Shown: piece by piece, positions 1-7,344 of the stretch
How the letters are laid out: each line of letters begins with the position of its first letter
How positions within the stretch are numbered: the first letter of the stretch is position 1
Origin: Abditibacteriaceae bacterium
GTDB taxonomy: Bacteria > Armatimonadota > Abditibacteriia > Abditibacteriales > Abditibacteriaceae
DNA length: 10,471 bases
NCBI GenBank assembly: GCA_031372065.1
Contig: JANMKN010000188.1
Coordinates: 1 to 10,471, forward strand
Direction of reading: 5' to 3'
Translations under genes and position numbers: made by a program
The notes under the pieces: model-generated
What the model saw: the letters and a program-made list of their open reading frames with translations, nothing else
Told to the model about the DNA's origin: nothing
Databases searched by the model: none

Positions 1-35
1 ATTCGCTTTTTTCGTTTCCGCTAAATGTCTTGGCG

Positions 36-190
36 GCCCTGCAACGCATTTTTTCGCAGCAAAAAAACACTTTGCCGCGCCGCAACACACTTTTTCGGAG
101 TAAAAAAACGCGTTTTAGCGCCACAACACACTTTTTCGGAGTAAAAAAACGCGTTTTAGCGCCACAACGCACTTTTTCGGAGTAAAAAAA
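36..190. repeat. 41-bp tandem repeat (about 3.8 copies) built from 21+20-bp related subunits
   Basis: Unit GCGCCACAACACACTTTTTCGGAGTAAAAAAACGCGTTTTA starts at 77, 118 and 159 (last copy partial), with a degenerate copy at 36. The palindrome AAAACGCGTTTT occurs at 105-116 and 146-157. There are no spacers. Confidence 0.95.
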
Positions 191-216
191 GACGCAAAAG
201 TGCTTTTGCGGCTGTT

Positions 217-371
217 AAAACCCCATCCCCGGCCCTTCCCCTTGAAACGGCAAAGGGGAAGGGAGAACTTAACCCTTCTGCTCAGGAAAAGTATTAATGC
301 GTTCGGAGCAAAAGCGCCAAGACACCCTTCCCCTTTGCCGTTTCAAGGGGAAGGGCCGGGGATGGGGTTTT
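217..371. repeat. Perfect 47-bp inverted repeat doublet (boxC/REP-like element)
   Basis: 217-263 (AAAACCCCATCCCCGGCCCTTCCCCTTGAAACGGCAAAGGGGAAGGG) is the exact reverse complement of 325-371, with a 61-nt spacer. Each arm has its own 11-bp hairpin (CCCTTCCCCTT-9 nt-AAGGGGAAGGG). The boxC resemblance (pyrimidine tail plus purine/pyrimidine hairpin) is from recall. Confidence 0.9.
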
Positions 372-480
372 CTCTACGCCTCCCGCACGTCCAAACGAGA
401 AAAATCACGCGTGCTTCGCGTTTGGTCGAAGATTTGGGATTGGGCTGAAAATTCCGGGTTTTGCCCACGCCTGAAATGGG

Positions 481-531
481 TATAATGGTTGTCAATGGCC
501 GTAAGATTACTTGATTTGTGATGGAGGCAAA
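481..531 (+). promoter_or_regulatory. Putative -10 box and ribosome-binding site of the DUF1559 gene
   Basis: TATAAT at 481-486 with no well-spaced -35 box. GGAGG at 523-527 lies 4 nt before ATG 532. Confidence 0.5.
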
Positions 532-1224
532 ATGAAAAACAACAAGGGATTGTCAGAGGTTCGTCGTGGCTTCACCTTGATCGAATTACTTGTCGTCATA
601 GCGATAATAGCGCTCCTCGCCGCGATTCTTTTTCCGGTTTTTGCGCGCGCCCGCGAAAACGCCCGCAAGTCGTCTTGCAACAACAATTTGAAGCAACTCG
701 GCGTGGCGGCGCAGATGTATTGGCAAGATTACGACGAGCGCAATTTCAGTTACGTCGCCATCGGCGGCGGTTACTTGTGGAATGTGGCTTTCGAGTCTTA
801 TTCCAAGAACAAGCAAATTCATATTTGCCCCAATGCCACGCGCTATACCGGCGCGGGTGTGGTAGGCGGTTTCGGCACAGCGACAACGGCGTGGACGGGT
901 TTTCTATACACCGGCAGTTACGCTTACAACGGCTTTTTGTATGCCGATAATGCCACTGCGCAGCCGGGCAGCGTGGACGCGATTGCTGACATCAAAGAAG
1001 TTTCCAAAACCATGCTGCTGGCCGATTCGATTTGGATTGATACATGGGCGCCCAACGGCGACACCTCGTGTCCGGGCACCATTGACCTCACCAAAGGCAC
1101 CAACACCGGTATGGGGCGTTTGTGCATCGATCGCCACATGGGAGGCGGTAATATGCTTTTTGCCGATGGGCACGTTAAGTTTCAGCCGCTTGGGAAATTG
1201 CGTGATGTGATTTTCAGACCTTGA
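532..1224 (+). CDS. Prepilin-type N-terminal cleavage/methylation protein with DUF1559 and C-terminal H-X9-DG motif (230 aa)
   Basis: [57 protein letters not shown] is a type IV pilin-like leader followed by the DUF1559 start. The C-terminus has [16 protein letters not shown] (H-X9-DG). Start moved from TTG 511 to ATG 532 because of the GGAGG RBS. Confidence 0.93.
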   Translation: MKNNKGLSEVRRGFTLIELLVVIAIIALLAAILFPVFARARENARKSSCNNNLKQLGVAAQMYWQDYDERNFSYVAIGGGYLWNVAFESYSKNKQIHICPNATRYTGAGVVGGFGTATTAWTGFLYTGSYAYNGFLYADNATAQPGSVDAIADIKEVSKTMLLADSIWIDTWAPNGDTSCPGTIDLTKGTNTGMGRLCIDRHMGGGNMLFADGHVKFQPLGKLRDVIFRP

Positions 1225-1246
1225 CGTTTTTTTTCACAGAAATCAG

Positions 1247-1289
1247 CGGCTCCGCGTGCTTAACATTGGCACGCGGAGCCGTTTTGTTT
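1247..1289 (+). terminator. Rho-independent terminator
   Basis: 13-bp perfect stem CGGCTCCGCGTGC (1247-1259) / GCACGCGGAGCCG (1269-1281), 9-nt loop, followed by TTTTGTTT, 22 nt after the stop codon. Confidence 0.85.
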
Positions 1290-1336
1290 ATGTTGTAAGG
1301 TGAATTTCACAGAAAAACCCCGAAAGAACCCCTTCC

Positions 1337-2626
1337 ATGCGCTATGTTCAACTTCCCGCCGCCTTTTTCGCGGCCAACCGCAAGAAATTAGCGGCCCAAC
1401 TGCCCGAAAAGTCGGTTGCCATTCTCAACGCCAACGACATCATGCCGACCAACGCCGATGGCACGATGGGCTTCTGGCAAAACAGCGATTTGTATTATCT
1501 CAGCGGCGTTGACCAAGAAGAAACCGTGTTGCTGTTGTGTCCTTCGGCGCGCGCCGAAGAAGACCTCGAAATTTTGTTTTTGCGCGAAACCAGCGAACTG
1601 ATTTCCATTTGGGAAGGCGACAAGCTGACCAAAGAACAAGCGCGCGAAGTGACCGGCATTCAGAAAGTGCATTGGCTTTCCGAGTTTGACAAAGTATTAA
1701 ACAATGCCTTGTTTGAAGCCGATACGGTTTATTTGAATCTTAATGAGCATCGCCGCGCCGCGACGGATGTGGAATCGCGCGACCGGCGTTTTATTGCGCG
1801 TTTGCAACGCGAATTTCCGCTGCATCGTTTCGCGCGCCTCGCGCCGCTTTTGCATCAGATGCGCATGATAAAAACCGGCGAAGAAATCGGTGCCCTACGC
1901 GCCGCCACGGAGATTACCGCTAAGGGTTTTGAGCGCGTTTTGAAATTCATCAAACCGGGCGTGCAGGAATTTGAAATCGAAGCCGAACTGGCCCACGAAT
2001 ACTTGCGCCACCGTTCGCGCGGCTTCGCTTACACGCCCATCATCGCGTCCGGCAAAAACGCCTGCGTGCTGCATTACATCGAAAATAACGCCGAGTGCAA
2101 AGACGGCGAACTGCTTTTGATGGACGTGGCCGCCGAATACGCCAATTATTTTTCGGATATGACGCGAACTGTGCCGGTTAATGGCCGTTTTACGCCGCGC
2201 CAACGCGATGTTTACAACGCCGTCTTGCGCGTTATGCGCCGTTGCAGCGAAATGCTGCGCCCCGGCGTGATTCACAAAGAGTATCAAGACGAAGTCAACA
2301 AAATCGTGGAAAGCGAATTGATTGGCCTTGGCTTACTCAATAAAGACGAAGTGGAGAAACAAGACCCTGACGCACCGCTTTACAAAAAGTATTTTATGCA
2401 TGGCGTGTCGCATCACATCGGCCTTGACGTGCATGATGTCGCCGACCCGAATGTGCCGCTCGCCGAAGGCATGATTCTCACCGTGGAACCGGGCATTTAC
2501 ATCCGCGACGAGGGCCTCGCGGTGCGCTTGGAAAACTTGATTCTCATCGGCAAAAACGGCAACGAAGATTTGATGGCTAACGTGCCGATTGAAGCCGACG
2601 ACATCGAAGCCGCGATGAATGGATGA
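1337..2626 (+). CDS. pepP: Xaa-Pro aminopeptidase (aminopeptidase P, peptidase M24B)
   Basis: AMP_N-like N-terminus (FWQNSDLYYLSGVDQEE). M24 motifs IASGKNACVLHY, MDVAAEYANYFSDMTRT, HGVSHHIGLDVHD, TVEPGIY and RLEN supply the D, D, H, E, E metal ligands. Confidence 0.93.
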   Translation: MRYVQLPAAFFAANRKKLAAQLPEKSVAILNANDIMPTNADGTMGFWQNSDLYYLSGVDQEETVLLLCPSARAEEDLEILFLRETSELISIWEGDKLTKEQAREVTGIQKVHWLSEFDKVLNNALFEADTVYLNLNEHRRAATDVESRDRRFIARLQREFPLHRFARLAPLLHQMRMIKTGEEIGALRAATEITAKGFERVLKFIKPGVQEFEIEAELAHEYLRHRSRGFAYTPIIASGKNACVLHYIENNAECKDGELLLMDVAAEYANYFSDMTRTVPVNGRFTPRQRDVYNAVLRVMRRCSEMLRPGVIHKEYQDEVNKIVESELIGLGLLNKDEVEKQDPDAPLYKKYFMHGVSHHIGLDVHDVADPNVPLAEGMILTVEPGIYIRDEGLAVRLENLILIGKNGNEDLMANVPIEADDIEAAMNG

Positions 2627-5600
2627 ACTTTATGAAAAAGCCGGTTTTCTGTTTTGCGGGCAGCCTCGCCCTTTGTCATTCCGAGCGCAATGAAGTGAGG
2701 AACGAACGAAATGGAGTCGACGAATCTTGTCGTTGGAGTGCGCATAATCTGCGCAGCAACAAGATTCCTCGACTCCAAAACCGCGCGCGCCTATGTCGCG
2801 TCGTGCGCGCTTTTTCCGCTCGGAATGACAAAGCCCTTCTTTTTGTCATGCTGGTTTTACTGCCTTTTTCTACAATCGCCGCCCGCGCCGAAGGCTTGGT
2901 TTTAAACAACAAAGCGCCGATTTATGAAGCGACGCATAAAGCGCTGGATTTAAGCGATGAAGTGACTGTCGAAGCGTGGATTCAGGCCGATAAAATGGAG
3001 CAAGGCGGCGGGCGCATCATAGATAAATCGGTGCCGGGCACCAGTGAAGGTTTCATGCTCGATACTTATCCGGGCAACTCGCTGCGCTTTTTGAATCTCA
3101 ACGGCCAAGTGCGCTACGATGCCAAATTACCCTCTGATAAATGGAGTTACATCGCGGGCGTTTACAGCGCGACCCAGAATATTATGAAACTGTATTTGAA
3201 CGGCAAGGAAGTGGCAAGCAATGGAGGCGACTTTCCCAAAATGAGCCTCACCAAAAGCCCGCTGCGCCTCGGCGCCGATTCGCTAGGCGGCAATCGCTTC
3301 GCGGGCCGCATGAAACGCGCAGCCGTTTATAATCGTGCGCTAACATCCGACGAAATCGCGGCGCGTTTTACCGGCGCCACGGCACCAAATGGCATTGTTG
3401 CCGAATGGAATTTAGAAGCCAATGCGCCCGCGCGCATCGCACCAGTAGCGGGCGATTTAATTCTCAAGCAAACCGACGCTGATGCGGAAATTACGGCATC
3501 GAACGAGCCTCCCAAAGAACCACTTTCCTTGTGGTATAGACAGCCCGCAAAACAGTGGACAGAAGCCTTGCCGGTGGGCAACGGGCGCATGGGCGCCATG
3601 CTTTTTGGCGGCGTGCAAAACGAGCATTTACAATTCAACGAAGATACGATTTGGACAGGCACGCCGCACGATTACGCGCACGTTGGCGCCGCAAAATATT
3701 TAGCACAAATTCGGCAATTATTATGGGATGGCAAGCAGCGCGAAGCCGAAAATTTGGCCGGGCGCGAATTTATGTCTATTCCGCTCGGCCAGAAAAAATA
3801 TCAGCCGTTTGGTGATGTGCGCCTAAAGTTTGCCGGCATCGAAAGCGCGCAAAATTATCGCCGCGAATTGAATCTCGATACTGGCGTGGCAAGCGTTTCT
3901 TACAACATTGGCAACACGCAATTTACGCGCGAAGTGTTCGCCAGTTTTCCGGCGCAAGTGATCGTTATGCGCCTCGCGTCTAATCAAATTGGCGCGCTGA
4001 ATTTTTCCATTGGCCTCGACACGCCGCACAAAGATTCGCAGGTGAAAATCGAAAACAACGAGTTGGTTTTAACCGGCCAAGTTGAAGCGGGCGGCATTCG
4101 TTTTGAAGCGCGTCTAAAGCCGATTTTAGAAGGCGGCACTTGGGCCGTCGAAGGCAATGAATTGAAAGTTGTGGGCGCCAATAGCGTCACGCTTTTGCTG
4201 TCGGGTGCCACCAATTTCGTGAATTACAAAGACCTCAGCGCCGACCCGCACCAGCGTTGCGTTGGCTATCTGAACAAGGCGGCCAAACAAAACTACGTGC
4301 AGCTTTTGCAGGCGCATATCGCCGATCATCAGAGCCTGTTTCGTCGCGTAAAATTGGATGTTAGTTCAAGCGATTCGATGAGACTGCCAACTGACGAACG
4401 CTTGAAAAACGTCGCCAAAACGTCCGACCCGCAATTGGCCACTTTGTATTTTCAATATGGCCGCTATTTGCTGATTGGCTCCTCGCGTCCCGGTTCGCAG
4501 GTAGCGACTTTGCAGGGCGTGTGGAACGACCAGATGAACCCGCCTTGGGACAGCAAAATGACCGTGAATATCAACACGGAGATGAATTATTGGCCCGCCG
4601 AAGTGACGGGTCTTTCGGAATTGCACGGGCCGCTTTTCGACATGATCGAAGAGTGCGCGCAAACCGGCCAAAGCGTAGCGAAAGAACACTACGCCGCGCG
4701 CGGCTGGGTTTTGCATCATAATACCGATTTATGGCGCGGCACCGCGCCAATTAACGCATCCGATCACGGCATTTGGCCGACAGGCGGCGCGTGGATGTGT
4801 CACCATTTGTGGGAGCATTACCAGTTTTCCGGCGACAAGAAATTTCTTGCGGCTCGCGCTTATCCAATTATGAAAAGCGCTGCGCTGTTTTTCGTGGACT
4901 ATTTAGTCAAAGACCCGAAAACCGGATTTCTCGTCAGCGGCCCCTCTAATTCGCCCGAACAAGGCGGTCTTGTTATGGGGCCGACGATGGATCATCAAAT
5001 CATCCGCGACTTGTTTCAAAACACCATAGACGCCGCGAAAATTTTGGGTATTGACAAAGACTTCGCCGCGCAATTGGCTGAAAAACGCGCCCAAATCGCG
5101 CCCAACAAAATCGGCCAATACGGACAATTGCAAGAATGGATGGAAGATAAAGACAACCCGAAAAACGAGCATCGCCACACCTCGCATTTGTGGGGCATTT
5201 ATCCCGGTTGGGACATCACGCCCAATACGCCCGAACTTTTCAAAGCGGCGCGGCAATCGTTAATCTATCGCGGGGACGGCGGCACCGGCTGGAGCAAAGC
5301 GTGGAAAATCAACTTTTGGGCGCGCTTTCTCGATGGCGATCATTCACACAAAATGCTGATTGAAGCCCTTGCCGGAAACACTTATCCCAACCTGTTCGAC
5401 GCGCACCCGCCCTTTCAAATTGACGGCAATTTCGGCGGCACATCGGGCATCGCGGAAATGCTGATTCAATCGCACATGACGAATGTGGAATTCGGAATGG
5501 GGAATGCGGAATCAAGTGCTTCTGATAATTCCGCACTCCGCACTGCGCACTCCGAATTCATCCTTGATTTGCTGCCCGCTTTGCCTTCCTCGTGGTCAAA

Positions 5601-5799
5601 CGGCAGCGTTTCAGGTTTGTGCGCGCGGGGCGGCTACACGGTAGATATTTCGTGGGCAAACGGCAAATTAACGGGTGCTACAATTCGCAATATCAGCGGC
5701 AACGGCGCGGCCAAAGTGCGCTACGGCGGAAAAACGATGGATGTGAAAATCAAACCGGGCAAAACACTGAAGTTAAATGGCATTTTGCAGGAAAATTAA
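2623..5799 (+). CDS. Secreted glycoside hydrolase family 95 (alpha-L-fucosidase/alpha-L-galactosidase-like) with N-terminal LamG-like jellyroll domain
   Basis: LamG motifs VTVEAWI, WSYIAGVY, LYLNG and VYNRALTSDEI. GH95 motifs LWYRQPAKQWTEALPVGNGRMGAM, YFQYGRYLLIGSSRPG, NINTEMNYW, SNSPE, HRHTSHL, FQIDGNFG and LLPALP. ATG 2623 overlaps the pepP stop (ATGA). The true start is uncertain (2623, 2632 or 2848) because of the inserted element. Confidence 0.92.
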   Translation: MNFMKKPVFCFAGSLALCHSERNEVRNERNGVDESCRWSAHNLRSNKIPRLQNRARLCRVVRAFSARNDKALLFVMLVLLPFSTIAARAEGLVLNNKAPIYEATHKALDLSDEVTVEAWIQADKMEQGGGRIIDKSVPGTSEGFMLDTYPGNSLRFLNLNGQVRYDAKLPSDKWSYIAGVYSATQNIMKLYLNGKEVASNGGDFPKMSLTKSPLRLGADSLGGNRFAGRMKRAAVYNRALTSDEIAARFTGATAPNGIVAEWNLEANAPARIAPVAGDLILKQTDADAEITASNEPPKEPLSLWYRQPAKQWTEALPVGNGRMGAMLFGGVQNEHLQFNEDTIWTGTPHDYAHVGAAKYLAQIRQLLWDGKQREAENLAGREFMSIPLGQKKYQPFGDVRLKFAGIESAQNYRRELNLDTGVASVSYNIGNTQFTREVFASFPAQVIVMRLASNQIGALNFSIGLDTPHKDSQVKIENNELVLTGQVEAGGIRFEARLKPILEGGTWAVEGNELKVVGANSVTLLLSGATNFVNYKDLSADPHQRCVGYLNKAAKQNYVQLLQAHIADHQSLFRRVKLDVSSSDSMRLPTDERLKNVAKTSDPQLATLYFQYGRYLLIGSSRPGSQVATLQGVWNDQMNPPWDSKMTVNINTEMNYWPAEVTGLSELHGPLFDMIEECAQTGQSVAKEHYAARGWVLHHNTDLWRGTAPINASDHGIWPTGGAWMCHHLWEHYQFSGDKKFLAARAYPIMKSAALFFVDYLVKDPKTGFLVSGPSNSPEQGGLVMGPTMDHQIIRDLFQNTIDAAKILGIDKDFAAQLAEKRAQIAPNKIGQYGQLQEWMEDKDNPKNEHRHTSHLWGIYPGWDITPNTPELFKAARQSLIYRGDGGTGWSKAWKINFWARFLDGDHSHKMLIEALAGNTYPNLFDAHPPFQIDGNFGGTSGIAEMLIQSHMTNVEFGMGNAESSASDNSALRTAHSEFILDLLPALPSSWSNGSVSGLCARGGYTVDISWANGKLTGATIRNISGNGAAKVRYGGKTMDVKIKPGKTLKLNGILQEN
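2671..2833. mobile_element. Non-autonomous palindromic element (TGTCATTCCGAGCG...CGCTCGGAATGACA type, RPE/REP/MITE-like) inserted in frame in the GH95 signal sequence
   Basis: Perfect 17-bp terminal inverted repeat (2671-2687 / 2817-2833). Internal 19-bp inverted repeat with 1 mismatch (2712-2730 / 2759-2777). TGCGCA pair at 2739-2744 / 2750-2755. GCCCTT direct repeat at 2668-2673 and 2833-2838, 165 nt (55 codons) apart. Confidence 0.8.
5481..5559. repeat. Inverted heptamer tandem repeat (GAATGCG-type) inside GH95
   Basis: GAATGTG-GAATTCG-GAATGGG-GAATGCG-GAAT (5481-5512), 15-nt spacer, then ATTCCGC-ACTCCGC-ACTGCGC-ACTCCGA-ATTC (5528-5559). The arms are complementary at 24 of 32 positions. 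Confidence 0.85.
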
Positions 5800-5848
5800 C
5801 GAACCTTTGACACGCCGCAACGCGAATTTATTGGAAAGTGAAAAGCTC

Positions 5849-7153
5849 ATGTTGACACATTGGAAACTTCGTTTGATTCTGCCGCTTTTATTGTTCGGCA
5901 CGCGCGGCTTCGCGCAGGAAATTGTTGTCGAATCGGCCAAGCCGGGCAGCGTTTATGACCTCGGCGAAAAAGTAGGTTGGCACATTCAATTGAAAGATGG
6001 CGCGGGCCTTGAAAAAGTGAATTATGTGCTGCGTAAAGGCAATCGCACCGAAATAGGCAAGGGCGAATTGGTTCTTCAAAATGGCGCGGCCAATTTGGAA
6101 ACCAAACTCGATGAACCGGGCACCATCATGGCCGAATTTTCGGTTGCGCCGCAAGGCAAACCTGTCATTAAAACCTTAGCGGGCGCGGCCATTGCGCTTT
6201 ACAAAATTGCGCCTTCGGCGGAGGAACCAGCGGATTTTGAGGCCTTTTGGAAAAGCAAAGTCGAAGAACTGCAAGCCGTGCCGATGAACGCGCAATTGGA
6301 TGCCAAAGAAAGCGGCGAGGCGAATTTAGATTACTGGAAAATTTCGCTGGATAACATTCGCGGCAGCAAAATTCGCGGCCAACTTTCGCGGCCCAAAAAC
6401 GGCGAAAAATTACCGGCGCTTTTAATCGTGCAATGGGCAGGCGTTTATCCGTTGCAAAAAGGCTGGGCGACCAGTTGGGCCAAGCAAGGCTGGCTGACGC
6501 TCAACATCAACGCGCACGATTTGCCGATTGATGAAAGCAAAGAATTTTACGATGCGCAAAACGCGGGCGCGCTGAATGGTTATCCGGGCATCGGCAAAGA
6601 TGACCGCGAAAAAAGCTATTTTTTGCGAATGTATTTATCGTGTTATCGCGCCGCTGATTACTTGTCTTCGCGCGGGGATTGGGACGGCAAAAACTTAGTT
6701 GTGATGGGCACAAGTCAAGGCGGTTTGCAGGCGATTATGACGGGCGGATTTTATCCGAAAATCAGTGCCGTTGTCGCCAATGTGCCCGCCGGTTGCGACC
6801 ACACCGGCCCACTTGTTGGGCGTCAAGGTGGCTGGCCGCAATTATTGGGTTGGGGCAACGGCCCGTTCGACGAAAAAGTCGTCGAAACCAGCAAATATTA
6901 CGATGTCGTCAACTTCGCGCGACGTATCAAAGTGCCCGCTTTAGTGGCTTGTGGCTTGATTGATACAACGTGTCCGCCTGCCGGTGTCATGGCCGCACTT
7001 AACCAAATGAAAGGGCCAAAAGAATTGCTGATAATGGAAAAATCCGGCCATCAGGACGTGAATAAATCGCAAGCGGCCTATTATTCGCGTTCGGGCGCGT
7101 GGCTTTACGATTTGGCGCATGGCAAAGCCGCGCCGGTTCAAGCGAAACAATAA
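5849..7153 (+). CDS. Secreted acetylxylan esterase / cephalosporin-C deacetylase-like alpha/beta hydrolase (AXE1/CE7-like), 434 aa
   Basis: PADFEAFW, nucleophile motif GTSQGG, YYDVVNFARRIKVP, acid motif GLIDTTCPP and His in SGH. Signal peptide MLTHWKLRLILPLLLFGTRGFA|Q when started at ATG 5849. Confidence 0.88.
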   Translation: MLTHWKLRLILPLLLFGTRGFAQEIVVESAKPGSVYDLGEKVGWHIQLKDGAGLEKVNYVLRKGNRTEIGKGELVLQNGAANLETKLDEPGTIMAEFSVAPQGKPVIKTLAGAAIALYKIAPSAEEPADFEAFWKSKVEELQAVPMNAQLDAKESGEANLDYWKISLDNIRGSKIRGQLSRPKNGEKLPALLIVQWAGVYPLQKGWATSWAKQGWLTLNINAHDLPIDESKEFYDAQNAGALNGYPGIGKDDREKSYFLRMYLSCYRAADYLSSRGDWDGKNLVVMGTSQGGLQAIMTGGFYPKISAVVANVPAGCDHTGPLVGRQGGWPQLLGWGNGPFDEKVVETSKYYDVVNFARRIKVPALVACGLIDTTCPPAGVMAALNQMKGPKELLIMEKSGHQDVNKSQAAYYSRSGAWLYDLAHGKAAPVQAKQ

Positions 7154-7167
7154 GGGCGACTGAACTA

Positions 7168-7199
7168 AAAAAGAGCGCGGCCCTCGCCGCGCTCTTTTT
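7168..7199. terminator. Bidirectional rho-independent terminator
   Basis: AAAAAGAGCGCGGC-CCTC-GCCGCGCTCTTTTT: 14-bp perfect inverted repeat with a T-tail on both strands, between stop 7153 (+) and stop 7203 (-). Confidence 0.9.
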
Positions 7200-7202
7200 G
7201 CT

Positions 7203-7283
7203 TCAGATAATTACGACACCGGCGGTTTGCCATCGCGCCATGACAGCCAATCCGTGCAGGCTGTGCCCTTTTCTCATGCTCAT
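7203..7283 (-). CDS. Putative small protein, 26 aa (MSMRKGHSLHGLAVMARWQTAGVVII)
   Basis: The minus strand reads AAGGAG-ACAAT-ATG...ATC-TGA, and the bidirectional terminator begins 3 nt after the stop. It is too short for the ORF track, and I recognise no family. Confidence 0.5.
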   Translation of the reverse strand: MSMRKGHSLHGLAVMARWQTAGVVII

Positions 7284-7344
7284 ATTGTCTCCTTGTAAAA
7301 GCCTTGTTTTTAGTCGCCGCTACTCAAGGCAAATACAAAGCCGA

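Noticed and set aside
36..190. CRISPR array
   Set aside because: The units are contiguous with no unique spacers, and no cas genes are in the window.
200..485. ORFs 200..448 and 297..485
   Set aside because: They are translations of the inverted repeat element, with no RBS or recognisable domain.
511..531. TTG start for the DUF1559 gene
   Set aside because: The GGAGG RBS supports ATG 532.
2671..2833. tRNA, riboswitch or intron
   Set aside because: I see no cloverleaf, aptamer or splice consensus. Terminal inverted repeats and a flanking duplication fit a palindromic insertion better.
5777..5848. Longer N-terminus of the CE7-like esterase
   Set aside because: It overlaps the GH95 end and buries the signal peptide. 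ATG 5849 gives a normal signal sequence.
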